From: a virus
Taxonomy: Duplodnaviria; Caudoviricetes
Virus record (IMG/VR): IMGVR_UViG_3300021387_000164
Span: 1-64,000 of that record
Reading direction: 5' to 3' (one strand)
DNA: 64,000 nt
Part shown: positions 1 to 10,204 of the stretch, one piece after another
Layout: the number at the start of each line of letters is the position of its first letter
How positions within the stretch are numbered: the first letter of the stretch is position 1
Made by a program: the position numbers and the translations under genes
Notes under the pieces: generated by a model
Database searches by the model: none
Seen by the model: only the letters and a program-made list of their open reading frames with translations
Told to the model about the DNA's origin: nothing

Positions 1-900
1 GATACCACCAACACCAATAGAATATACCACATTCGAGAGAACGAACTTCTTCTCGTAGCCTTTTCGCTCCTTAGAGTAAACTACCTGTTCCTTCATTTCC
101 TCTAAGACGCTCTGTAACTTTGGATTTTTGTATGATATAAATGGTAGAATAACATCCTTCAGTGGAATATAATCCATCGGAGAACGCATTTCCTTTATAA
201 CATTTTTCGGAATACCTGACCTTTTAGAATATTCTTCTAACAGATAGGTCTCTGCCATCTTTACACTGTCCATAGAAAGACAGTCTATACCATGTTCTTT
301 TTCAATAAACAACCTGAGTTCTACTTGGTCTATAAGACGGTTTAATAACTCTGTAGTAGACTCTACGTCATTTATATTATATGATATCATCTCATCTATT
401 TCACTAATAGGAATGGGAACTGAGAAGTCTCCACTGTACTCTTGTACATTCTTATAGTGCATAGTAGCTTGCATAGTCTTAAGACCAACACGTAGCTTCT
501 GAGAAAACATCATTGTAAGCAAATCCATAGAATAGAAGTAATGTGCATACTTCCACTTTTTGAATCTACTTATATCTCCATCTTCCGCCGTTACGATAGT
601 ATTAGACAGATTAAACAATGACTGACATATCTTCCAATACGGAAGACGCTCCAGCACATAGTAATAATCAATTATATAGTTGACAATTACATCATCGTAA
701 TGGTGGTTATTATAACCACAGAACATACGATTTTCATTGGTATAATAAAAGAAGTCAACCAGCTCTTTTAACTGGTTGACCCTTTCACTGATTTCAAATT
801 TATATAGTTGACCTGTCTCTGTATCTTTACAGCAACAATGGAAACAATTTGGGAATATCTCAATATCGTAGACATTCACAACCTTTCCTTTAATGATCAT
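1..900 (-). CDS. DNA polymerase, probably family B; N-terminal 3'-5' exonuclease part (runs off the left edge)
   Basis: Open frame from ATG at 900: MIIKGKVVNVYDIEIFPN...FCGYNNHHYDD...YNINDV...YSIGVGGI. These are DEDD Exo I/II/III motifs. Absent from the ORF track because it is truncated. Confidence 0.85.
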   Translation of the reverse strand, partial: MIIKGKVVNVYDIEIFPNCFHCCCKDTETGQLYKFEISERVNQLKELVDFFYYTNENRMFCGYNNHHYDDVIVNYIIDYYYVLERLPYWKICQSLFNLSNTIVTAEDGDISRFKKWKYAHYFYSMDLLTMMFSQKLRVGLKTMQATMHYKNVQEYSGDFSVPIPISEIDEMISYNINDVESTTELLNRLIDQVELRLFIEKEHGIDCLSMDSVKMAETYLLEEYSKRSGIPKNVIKEMRSPMDYIPLKDVILPFISYKNPKLQSVLEEMKEQVVYSKERKGYEKKFVLSNVVYSIGVGGI

Positions 901-1094
901 GACTCTGTGGTTCTTAGTTCATATTGTCCGTACTGTGTAATCGCTGCACACCCCATTTCACAATGAAGTACATTCTCTGTAGTACAGTACCATATTTGAT
1001 TCCATATAAAATAGTAAATACTATAAAACTTATGGTGCCCCAACGTATCTGCATACACTGTCCGTTGGTAGTTTTATTGTAGATTCAAGAGTTG

Positions 1095-1184
1095 TGGGTG
1101 AAGGGAGAAACGACCTCCCAAAACAGTAGCCATCGTTTCGTGATACTTGCCGTTGTACGTTACACTGTCCCCAGTGCTCCACCC
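1095..1184 (-). ncRNA. tRNA-like element (acceptor stem plus T-arm, non-canonical core)
   Basis: GGGUGGA/UUCACCC-A stem stacked on GGGAG-GUCGUUU-CUCCC, with two internal hairpins; lies between CDSs. Confidence 0.45.
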
Positions 1185-1193
1185 TAGTTGTGA

Positions 1194-2045
1194 TTACGCA
1201 GCCATCTTTTTATCTGGCAAAATTAAACAGCCTTTCTTATGCTTGTGGTCTAAAAGATTCACAGCAACAAGATTGGCATGTTTAGCGTGTATGCTATTCG
1301 TAATCTGTTTTGCTTTCTTCATAAGCGGCGATTTATTTGGATCCAGTTGGACTGGGTGAATATCACCTACCAACTCATGGTGCTTGTCTTTCAACTCGCC
1401 CACTTTAATTGAGTAGTCAGGGGTATACTTTCCTTCTGAAATCTCAAATCGCCCCATTAATGGAAGCTTGGTATATGTAGAGATAACGAAATCTCTAAAT
1501 CGTTCTTTCATAGCCTCCCGCTCCTGTTTCCACTTCTCTACGTCTTCTGTGAACATGGCCTCGGGGCATACGTTTTTACGTTCCCACTTGGCTAGCTTGT
1601 GCTCTACGAGTTTCTCCATGTACTGCACTCGATTCATTTTGACTGGATCTTTGTGCAATGATGTAGATTTAATCATAGTGGGCATTCCGTCTACTGTTTC
1701 TTTCCAGTAAGACTTTGGCTGCAGATGCTTTTTATGCTCCCAGAGTAGGCCTATACCGGCCTTATACTCATCTATAGGAACCCAATCATAACCTGTTACA
1801 GTTATGTCATACTTCTCTCCGTGTATTGGATGAGGATTAGTCATCACATATTGAATACCCGTATAAGGAGAAGTTATGAGCTTATCATTGGGTATACCCA
1901 TATCTGCGCCATATCGCTTGTGTTTTATTACCTCAGAAATACCCTTTTTGGTATTCTTAACGGTAAATTTGCGGCTATAGGCTGCAATGGCGGCAAACTT
2001 TTTTGCGTGCAACTTCTTTGCACGAATTCTACTATTCTTTTTCAT
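1194..2045 (-). CDS. hypothetical basic protein
   Basis: 283-aa ORF with a Lys-rich N-terminus, ends ...KMAA; preceded by AAGGAGGT. Confidence 0.85.
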   Translation of the reverse strand: MKKNSRIRAKKLHAKKFAAIAAYSRKFTVKNTKKGISEVIKHKRYGADMGIPNDKLITSPYTGIQYVMTNPHPIHGEKYDITVTGYDWVPIDEYKAGIGLLWEHKKHLQPKSYWKETVDGMPTMIKSTSLHKDPVKMNRVQYMEKLVEHKLAKWERKNVCPEAMFTEDVEKWKQEREAMKERFRDFVISTYTKLPLMGRFEISEGKYTPDYSIKVGELKDKHHELVGDIHPVQLDPNKSPLMKKAKQITNSIHAKHANLVAVNLLDHKHKKGCLILPDKKMAA

Positions 2046-2059
2046 AGTTTACCTCCTTC

Positions 2060-2731
2060 CTATGCTGCTTTCTTCAACGTAGAGGCCATTTTAACGTCCT
2101 TGAGGCTCTTTTTACCAACATGCTTACCAGTTTTACCGGATGCAATGTTGATCGCCTTACGAACGGCCTTAGCATTATTACTGGGTTTCTTTGGTGCTGG
2201 TATTTTCTGTGGGAGAATTGGCTCTGCCTTCATTACGTGTGGGTAAATCTTGGCATATGTTGGTAGTATTTCTCGCAGCTTGGCGAGTACCTTGTCATCT
2301 CCCACGATGTATGCGAACTCGTCTGTAATAATCTTACAGGGTATCTTTTCGTTGAGCATTGCTTCTCGACCAAAAGAACTCAACGCCTTGCCGCTCTTCT
2401 TGCCACCTTCTTTTTTCTCATAAAGTTGGCCAGTCTTAAATATGACGTTGATTGCATACATATGTGGTGCATCAAGTTGAGCTATCAACTTTTCAACATA
2501 CTTCTTCTGATCCTTTTCGGAGATCTTCATGCGATTCATCCGACGTTTCAGAGAGTTGATTCGGCGGTTACGGTACATCTGTTCGCGCTCTTTACGACGA
2601 GCTTCCGCCTCTTTTAAGGTTTTAACCTTTCCAACAGGTGTCTTATCCTTCTTCTTGAAGATATGTTTTATTTCTTGTTTTGGGGTCTTGCCGTTCTCGG
2701 CCGTTGCCACCTTGAAATTCTTACGACTCAT
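2060..2731 (-). CDS. hypothetical, very Lys/Arg-rich protein (TAG stop)
   Basis: 223-aa ORF, TATCAAAATG start context, ends ...KKAA-TAG. Confidence 0.85.
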   Translation of the reverse strand: MSRKNFKVATAENGKTPKQEIKHIFKKKDKTPVGKVKTLKEAEARRKEREQMYRNRRINSLKRRMNRMKISEKDQKKYVEKLIAQLDAPHMYAINVIFKTGQLYEKKEGGKKSGKALSSFGREAMLNEKIPCKIITDEFAYIVGDDKVLAKLREILPTYAKIYPHVMKAEPILPQKIPAPKKPSNNAKAVRKAINIASGKTGKHVGKKSLKDVKMASTLKKAA

Positions 2732-2758
2732 TTTGATAATGTTTTTTAAGTTAATATT

Positions 2759-3169
2759 TTATGCCGCTTCTTGATATCTTAGGGTATTCTGGTCCCAATC
2801 GAGACGCTTTCGGTTTGCCACACCGATAAAACAGTGGGTAACCTTTGGTGCCATGTTTACTGTCTTTGCATGAACTGGCTTCTGCGTTGTTTTTGTACCA
2901 ACACTCGGCGTCTTAACAATATTACGACCTTTGACCGGGCTAAAGCGCTGCTTCATCTCAGCCCTAGTAAATGTGGTTTTTGTACGGTAAACTTTAACCT
3001 TTACGTACTTCTGCTTTTCAGCATCCCACTTACGAACGATACGATACGGACAATGATGGTTCTCTATACGAGACTTTTTGCGGTTGAGCTCACCATCAAG
3101 AAATATTGTCTTACGAGCAGTTTTAATATCTAATGTCTTTGCCTGCTCACTGTTGTTATTGTTAGCCAT
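2759..3169 (-). CDS. hypothetical basic protein
   Basis: 136-aa ORF, TATCAAAATG start context, ends ...QEAA. Confidence 0.8.
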   Translation of the reverse strand: MANNNNSEQAKTLDIKTARKTIFLDGELNRKKSRIENHHCPYRIVRKWDAEKQKYVKVKVYRTKTTFTRAEMKQRFSPVKGRNIVKTPSVGTKTTQKPVHAKTVNMAPKVTHCFIGVANRKRLDWDQNTLRYQEAA

Positions 3170-3305
3170 TTTGATAACGGATTTAATTGTTTAAACTAGC
3201 GTTTAAGGCCATTTTAAAGCGATTTAAGCCATTACAGGGCGTTAAATGGTATATTAATCGCCAAAGGGAAACAAACGGTCTAAACGGCTTGTATAGCCCT
3301 ATTTG

Positions 3306-3364
3306 TGACTAGTTGCGGGAACGATCCGCTCATATCCTGTCACGATATGCACCATCTTCTAGTC
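3306..3364 (-). ncRNA. short tRNA-like element
   Basis: GACUAG/CUAGUC-A stem, CAUAUC/GAUAUG hairpin, GCGG-AUCGUUC-CCGC T-like arm. Confidence 0.35.
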
Positions 3365-3375
3365 TATAACATCTT

Positions 3376-3918
3376 TTATGCGATCAAATCGTCTTTGATC
3401 ATATCTGCAACAGTAGTAACATCAATGTCGGTGTTTGTATTAAACTCCTCCATATTATTGTTATACTTTGTAGCCTTCAGATTAAGGTCCTTAATCAGCT
3501 GAGCAATCTTAGCCGATGTAAACACCTCGCTCTTACCCATCTTAGCTGCGCCGCCCTTCTTAGACTTAGTAGCTGGATCTATAGTAGGAATCATCTTGAG
3601 CTGTGCAATGGCCTCCTTAATCTCGGTTGCCATGAAGATGTTATAATTATTTGTTTTCTCGAAAGCGTTCTTGTCAAATGTTGTTGCGCCGGTATTCAGA
3701 GCTGCAAGCATACCCTTAATATAAACCAGCTTATTTGACATCTGCATAATCTCATTATACAGAGCCTTTAGGTCATACTTACGGTAACCGTTTTTGACCT
3801 CCTTCGTGTTGAGCAAATTAGTATTACGGATGTTAATCCAGTAATCCTTCTTCTTCTTACAAATCTCCTCACGAATGTTAATGATGTTCTTTGCCTTAAA
3901 CTTGATTGATTTTGCCAT
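3376..3918 (-). CDS. hypothetical helical protein
   Basis: 180-aa ORF with A-rich start context. Confidence 0.85.
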   Translation of the reverse strand: MAKSIKFKAKNIINIREEICKKKKDYWINIRNTNLLNTKEVKNGYRKYDLKALYNEIMQMSNKLVYIKGMLAALNTGATTFDKNAFEKTNNYNIFMATEIKEAIAQLKMIPTIDPATKSKKGGAAKMGKSEVFTSAKIAQLIKDLNLKATKYNNNMEEFNTNTDIDVTTVADMIKDDLIA

Positions 3919-4181
3919 ATTTGATAAAAATTTAAGTTCATATTAGCTCGAATCATCATCTACCTATCGTAATTTATGGCGGTAGCGAACCCCCATAAAT
4001 CAAAAGAATCCTAGGGAGAGTTAGTCCCTCGAGACCAACTCCCCCAAGTCCCCTCAAGGACTATATAGGATAAGATTTTTTATTTGTATTTCTTTAGTGC
4101 TTGTTCAGAACAATATACGTAAATACAATATTCGCAATGTGGTTAGTGACTCCGCTAAGAGTATAACCTAATCCCTCGAGA

Positions 4182-4775
4182 TTATTCTGCTACTACTGTC
4201 TTTACGTCTACTATTCCTACATCACACCGCAGAAATGCCTTTCCAGTAGCGTCTGGAAGCAGCACAGTTTTTCGATTTCGACCTTCGATGTTTACGTTAA
4301 TCGTAACAGGCTGTTCAACTGGCGCAACAGTACGGACTACGCTTGGGCCTGACTTCCCCGGAGATCCCTCGAGATCTGCTCCGTCCTTATTGTTGCACAC
4401 ATGGTCATAACACTCCTGTAAACGCTTAACAACCCAATCGTAGTCTTTCTCGAGCTGTGCACGTTCCATGATTTCTATTCCGAGGCCTTTCTTCAAAGCC
4501 TCCTTGTTGTTGCCTGTAGAGAGTTCCAACAATCCTTCCCAGACTGCAGATGCAAACTGATGGAATGTTAGTGGGAACTGACATTTGACTAAACGGTTCC
4601 ACCACCACACGTCGGTTTTACCCAACGTAATGATACCAGAATCGCTTATTCGAATAGCCTTGTAACTGTCACCCTCCTCGCCTGCAGACATTACGTGCTT
4701 ACGGATGACGTCGTTGAGCAGCAAACGCTGCATATTCAACTTAGAATCATCCGAGAGGAGAACTTTCTTGTCCAT
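4182..4775 (-). CDS. hypothetical protein
   Basis: 197-aa ORF coupled to the upstream gene by GAA TAG TT ATG. Confidence 0.85.
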   Translation of the reverse strand: MDKKVLLSDDSKLNMQRLLLNDVIRKHVMSAGEEGDSYKAIRISDSGIITLGKTDVWWWNRLVKCQFPLTFHQFASAVWEGLLELSTGNNKEALKKGLGIEIMERAQLEKDYDWVVKRLQECYDHVCNNKDGADLEGSPGKSGPSVVRTVAPVEQPVTINVNIEGRNRKTVLLPDATGKAFLRCDVGIVDVKTVVAE

Positions 4776-4777
4776 AA

Positions 4778-5449
4778 CTATTCAGCACCTGCCTGGGTAG
4801 CCTTTACCTCGACCATAGCGCCGACCTCACCCTTCAGGATCTCACGGAAGTCAACGGTCTCTACCTTTGTCTCAGCCAGCTCCTTGGCGAACTGCTGTGC
4901 CTTCTTGTTGTTGTCGTTGATGGCACCAATCAGGTTCTGCTCGATCTTGCCCAGGATATCCTTCAGCGCGCGTACAGCTGCCAACTCGCCCTTATTGGCC
5001 TCGTTGATAACAGCACATACTGCAGTGGGGTTCAGGAAGAAGTTCTCGCCCTCACCCTTCAGAGCATCCTCGATGGCCTCGGGTGTACCCTTAACCAGCT
5101 TGAATACGTCCTTGCTGAGTGGGAAGAACTGATCGAATGTACCAGTCTCGGGATCCAGGTTGATAGCAATACCTACCTCATCGGTAACAGGGCGCTTGTA
5201 ATAGCTGGCGTTACGGATGTCTACATCCTTCAACATGTACTTACTGATCTTGCGGTTAGGCATGAGCATCTTAGAAAGTCCAGTGCGAACCTTCTCGCAA
5301 TCGTTGCTCCAGCCTTCGTCGCCACCCTGCCAGGTGTTACGAGACTCTACCTTGTGGTAAGCCTGACCAATAAGTGAACCTACCATGCTACCGATACCGC
5401 GTGACTGAGGAATAGCGGTCTGAATGTTAATGTCAATTGTTTTATTCAT
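4778..5449 (-). CDS. hypothetical protein (TAG stop)
   Basis: 223-aa ORF with strong AAG/GAG/AAC codon bias, suggesting high expression. Confidence 0.85.
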   Translation of the reverse strand: MNKTIDINIQTAIPQSRGIGSMVGSLIGQAYHKVESRNTWQGGDEGWSNDCEKVRTGLSKMLMPNRKISKYMLKDVDIRNASYYKRPVTDEVGIAINLDPETGTFDQFFPLSKDVFKLVKGTPEAIEDALKGEGENFFLNPTAVCAVINEANKGELAAVRALKDILGKIEQNLIGAINDNNKKAQQFAKELAETKVETVDFREILKGEVGAMVEVKATQAGAE

Positions 5450-7810
5450 TTTTCTTATCCTTTTTGATATCGTTATTGATTAACTAACGATAAGAATTAA
5501 TATTTGCGCATTCTTAGGTTGCGCGTTACCTTTGAGTTAAAAAGTGGCATTCTGGCTCAAAGGCTCTATGAATGTTGTTTATTGATTTTTATTACGTATC
5601 TTTATGCGTGCTTATGAGAGCAATTTTTTAATTATTAATAGAGTATTTCCTAACTGTTATATCTTTATATTCCTCAAAGTGAAACTCATTCAACATAACG
5701 GGGATCCAACGGTAGGATCATCCATGCCCATCATTAGAAGATTCTTCTATCTTTAATAAAAATACAAAATCCGATACTGTGTAACCAAACATAAAATCTT
5801 ATAAACTTATGTAAATATTCAATTTTCATGAACTGGATACTTTCATCTGTTCGTTGGCGAAATTTTGCTTACGCAACTAACGTTCGTAGAACTTTTTACT
5901 AAATCCAGCTTAGATTCCAAAAATGTTGCGTAATATATTCTTCAGCGTATTTTCCCTATAGCTGTCCGAATCTACTACTTTCCGATGCTGTACAGTCTTG
6001 CGATACTGTTTAGGCGCATCTACCACTGTTCTGTGCTTTTTACCGGTCAGAACAATCAATACCCGGGTGCTGTTAACGCAAGCTTACGAATCTGTTCAGT
6101 AGCTCCATAACTACGTCTACGTAGTATCATACGTTTCTTTATCGAACGGTCCTCTTAAGGTGTCAGTGCCTCGACCCTACGGCGCGTTGTTTTCTTCTAT
6201 TGGATGCGCTTACTCCACCCTCATTTGTTTATAGTGCACGAATACTGGAGGAATTTCACCTCATACATCGCTTCTTGTCACCCACTAAAGTTCCACTTCA
6301 CCGAATCATATGTGTGCCGAAACGTATTTCTACGACGATCTAGCGTCACTACATAATCTCTTTACCCCTCCGAGACAGGGAGGTGGTTCCACTTCGCGAT
6401 AGCTGCCCATCGATTAAATGTATATGACTTCATGGTCCGAACGCACCACTTAGATTTGCTGTCTAAGCTTCTGGTCTATCATCTTGTCAATTTGCTTCTC
6501 AGGAACGGTTGGCACTCGATTTCTCTATCATACGTCTAAAATGGTCATGTTTCTTCAATACAACAGAAGGACACTTTTCTAAGGCGTTGAACATAACGTA
6601 ATAGATTTCATAGAGGGACATCAATTTTTGTTAAACATGTTAATTTCATCTGGCTACTTTCACATAGTTTTGCTTGATGGTCAAGACATACCGCACACAG
6701 GTTTACTACTCCTGCTGATATAGTACATCAGTGCCCTACTATGTTATCCTTTACAGACGTTGGCGATCTCCTTCTACACTGGCGTGTGTAGACCTCGAAT
6801 CGACCTAAATAAGCTAACGGCTCTGCCTGCTTTTGACTATAAGGTTGTCATCCTTCGACTCCAGCATTTCCTCTGGTACATCTCCAATCTATGCTACTAA
6901 CACACCGCTTACCATGGTTTTCGCACCTTTAGAATAGTCTTTCTCCCCGGACTTCACTCGGGTAGCATTCAAGCCTCTAGGCCCTACTTCGCATTCAGTT
7001 CCTGCATCGAACTGGTGATCATTTTTCATTTAGCACGAATCAATTCCACGTGTCTTATACCGCTTAAACGATCAAAGCCTAGCGGTCATCTTCAACACAT
7101 TTTCCTCAGTACCCCGTCCCCGGTGACCCATTGGGACCGTAGCCTCAAAGGTAGTCATCTAGTAATCGAAACTAGAAGGATTTCTTCAAGGACCGTAGTT
7201 ACGGTACGGCGCAGACAGTCAAACCTTCTGCTAGGCACATATGCTCAGATATTTTTCATCCCCTTACACACCCGGTTGGACCTCCGAAGAGCCCGAGTGA
7301 AGGACTAGACTACAGCTTAATTGTGAATTGATACATCATATAAGAGTTTTGGCCTCTACTTATATGGGCAACTCGTGTATCGTAATTTTACCACTATGTA
7401 TCGCTTGTGATAAATCTATCAATACGGTTCAGTTTAGAGCTACTCTAGGATTACTCCTATTTCGGTTTACTCTACGTCTTTCAGTATATTCCTGACTTTT
7501 TACATGCTTTCACATCGGTTAGACGTGTTTTAAGTCCTGGGCGGCAAAGTACCAACCTGGTGTATACTATGGGGTCTGATACAGACGCTCTCCCCACTTA
7601 CTATAACCTTTTCAGTATAGAGTATATTATACAGTTATAGCATTTCATCCTACCTTTTGGGTTTCTCACCTTTTGAGAAGGCTAACATATTCTCGGATCA
7701 AGTATATACTCTCGTTTCGCACCCGGCTAATGAGACCGTTGACGTGGTGCTGACCAGTTCCCCCACGGGGCAGGGGGACATATGAATCCTCATACATCCC
7801 CCAACTGCGG
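5450..7810 (-). ncRNA. candidate very large structured non-coding RNA (about 2.1-2.3 kb)
   Basis: No credible ORF. Many helices, including an 11-bp long-range pair (6952-6962 / 7292-7302) and a terminal pairing (5706-5718 / 7647-7660). Strand inferred from flanking genes and purine-rich loops. Confidence 0.6.
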
Positions 7811-7816
7811 AGCTTA

Positions 7817-8263
7817 CTAACGTTTATAGACTTCCTTACCGTCGACAATAAGGATAACGGACACTTTAGGAGGTCCGATAGTGTCTGTGGTGTGCTCCTC
7901 ACGATCCACATCTACTGTTATTGGGACAGGCGTATCAGAGAGAATAGCTGGAATGCTATCCCCGTTTCGTTTCGCCTGAGTGCGTGGCAATGTAGACTTT
8001 GCCTTTCGCTTAGCTTTTACGTATATGGGTTTTTCTTTCCATACCGTGTCGTGGATTACCTCTTTGGGTTCATTGTACTTATTCTCCAGATCTAATTGAA
8101 GATCAAGTGGCAGCTTTACTCCATTAGGAGTCCAGCTTAACACTGGAGCTGCACTGATTGTGTTATATGAATCCGCTAATGCCGTTGAAGGCTGCAGATT
8201 TGCTAAAAAGCCACCGAGAACGGTCATACACACAATACACAGGAGGGTATGTAACTTTTTCAT
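7817..8263 (-). CDS. secreted or membrane-anchored hypothetical protein
   Basis: MKK followed by a hydrophobic N-terminal segment, 148 aa. Confidence 0.8.
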   Translation of the reverse strand: MKKLHTLLCIVCMTVLGGFLANLQPSTALADSYNTISAAPVLSWTPNGVKLPLDLQLDLENKYNEPKEVIHDTVWKEKPIYVKAKRKAKSTLPRTQAKRNGDSIPAILSDTPVPITVDVDREEHTTDTIGPPKVSVILIVDGKEVYKR

Positions 8264-8356
8264 ATTGATTATGAATGTTGGTGTTTTGTTAGACTTATAG
8301 TTCTGTATTCAAAACTGTGACTACAGCATTACCAACTTTAGATGCTATAGTCTTAA

Positions 8357-9748
8357 TCAGTTTTTTGAAGACTCTCCTTCACCGCCCTCTTCCTCTTCTG
8401 TCTTGGCAGCAGGAACGCCGACCAAGTTGGCAAGAGAATATGCGGGGTTTGCATCACCACCTTCGCGGAACAGGTTGAGGATAACGCCGGCATACTGCTG
8501 ACAGTTCTTCAACAGGGCCTCCTTGTTAGAGTCGTCCTCTACGATACCAGGATAGTATGAATCCTTAATGTTCTTCACGATGCGGTGAGCAAGCTTGTAG
8601 CTGTCCTCATTCTCCTTCGACTTGTCGTTGAAGTTGGTGATCAGATTGTCAACAACATCCATTCCTGGATTGGTCATGATTTCCATGACAGTGTTGTTAA
8701 CTGCAATCTCCTCCTTCTTGGCAGCGATAGAAGCCTCGATATCCGACTTATTCTTGCTCTTCTTGAGCGAACGCTCAAGCTCACCGATAGTGGTGTTAAT
8801 ACTCTCGATGTTGGTCTTGCAAGTCCACATTACCAACATCTTAACGATATCGGCAATAAAGTCATCGGGATGATCAAGTTTACCGGACGTGTGGGTGGCA
8901 CTGCGACGGTACAGACAAAATGCAGAAATGGGACTGTTCGTTGTGAGAACGGTCTGAAAAAGCATTTTGCCTACGCCAGTAACAGCATATGGGCACTTGC
9001 CAACGATCTCAATGATTTCACGCATGATAGCCGAACGTGAGAGGGCCTTAACCTTCTCGAGCTCCTCGTCCTTGTTTTCAGCCTTACTAGCCTGGATGTG
9101 CTTGTAAGAAGACAAGAAGTTGATGGCCTTCTGAATACGTGCATCAGGAGACAGTGTTGGTGAAGTCAGATGTGCGAGCAGAGACTCACGAAGCTGATCG
9201 TTGTTCTCGATCTTTGTGGGATCGTCGGTCGGCTTCTTCTTCTCGTTGGCAATCTCATCCTTCTTCTGGTTGATAGCCTCCTCGGATACATCATCCTTCT
9301 TAATGGTTACGACCTTTGTTTCTTCGGGCAGAAGATTAATCTTTGCCTGGTCCAGCATATCCTGTGAAGGAGCTGGAAGCGCGTTGAACTCAGGTGTGCT
9401 AATGCCCATTGCATTGAGAGTAGCCTTAATAGAGAGATACTTCTGCTCATCCTTGCGGACAATAAGAGCAAATACCTCTTTACCCTCTGCAATATTTGTG
9501 ACAATTACGTCTGCCATCAGTGAATCGACAAGAACGTTTGCACCGTCTGTGATTTCTGTAGGCAAGTTGGGGTTGTTAGCCCAACGTTTGTCAATGAGAT
9601 TGGCAAGCAATACCTTACCATCTCCAGAGAGACCGCCTTGTGACATCTGAACCATCTTGGCGAATGTTCTCTCGTTTTCTACTTTCTGCTGCGGAGCAGC
9701 TTTCTGTTGTGCTGCAGCCTGAGCCGCAGTCTTTGTGTTCTTTGCCAT
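8357..9748 (-). CDS. hypothetical protein
   Basis: 463-aa ORF, biased codon usage, acidic tail. Confidence 0.9.
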   Translation of the reverse strand: MAKNTKTAAQAAAQQKAAPQQKVENERTFAKMVQMSQGGLSGDGKVLLANLIDKRWANNPNLPTEITDGANVLVDSLMADVIVTNIAEGKEVFALIVRKDEQKYLSIKATLNAMGISTPEFNALPAPSQDMLDQAKINLLPEETKVVTIKKDDVSEEAINQKKDEIANEKKKPTDDPTKIENNDQLRESLLAHLTSPTLSPDARIQKAINFLSSYKHIQASKAENKDEELEKVKALSRSAIMREIIEIVGKCPYAVTGVGKMLFQTVLTTNSPISAFCLYRRSATHTSGKLDHPDDFIADIVKMLVMWTCKTNIESINTTIGELERSLKKSKNKSDIEASIAAKKEEIAVNNTVMEIMTNPGMDVVDNLITNFNDKSKENEDSYKLAHRIVKNIKDSYYPGIVEDDSNKEALLKNCQQYAGVILNLFREGGDANPAYSLANLVGVPAAKTEEEEGGEGESSKN

Positions 9749-9812
9749 TTTTTGATAAAATGTTTAAATGTTAATACTTTTTGTTAATGTTCACCTGAAT
9801 TGCCATCTATTT

Positions 9813-10199
9813 TCAAGATGTGTCAATAACGGTGTTTTCGAGTGGTTGATCGCGAGTTTTAATCGCGATCTTACTCTCAGAAAGAGCACTGTCTTTTAAT
9901 ACAGTAGAATCCTGACCCACGGGGTTTGAAGTTGCCTTCTTGGTATCCGCTGTTGAGTCACCTCCCAAAAGATACGTAAAAGCGTCTGGTGCCAACGCGG
10001 CCGCCTGTGTGGGATTCACCTGCTTAACAGTAATCTCTTCCTGTTTTGGAGACGACTTCTTAGAAGTCATCGTCCACATTGCAAAGCCGAGCAGGAATGG
10101 AATCAAAAGCTTCCAGAACAACTTGTTGCTCTCGTTATAACGAGCAATGCCAACAAGAGCTGCGATGACCATGCAAAATGGTAACAGAGTTAAGATCAT
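9813..10199 (-). CDS. membrane protein, possible anti-sigma factor
   Basis: Two N-terminal hydrophobic segments; immediately downstream of the ECF sigma gene. Confidence 0.7.
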   Translation of the reverse strand: MILTLLPFCMVIAALVGIARYNESNKLFWKLLIPFLLGFAMWTMTSKKSSPKQEEITVKQVNPTQAAALAPDAFTYLLGGDSTADTKKATSNPVGQDSTVLKDSALSESKIAIKTRDQPLENTVIDTS

Positions 10200-10204
10200 A
10201 AATG

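Noticed and set aside
5691-6598. Extra CGTTATGTT copies (5691-5700, about 6590-6598) as ECF promoters
   Set aside because: No TGCAAC at the correct spacing
5450-7810. Group I/II intron, RNase P RNA or rRNA fragment
   Set aside because: I found no domain V, no convincing P7 context, no GGAAAGUCC and no interrupted host gene; only a covariance-model search can exclude these fully
7015-7911. Track ORFs 7015..7308 (+) and 7666..7911 (-)
   Set aside because: GTG starts, atypical composition and overlap with dense RNA helices or a real gene
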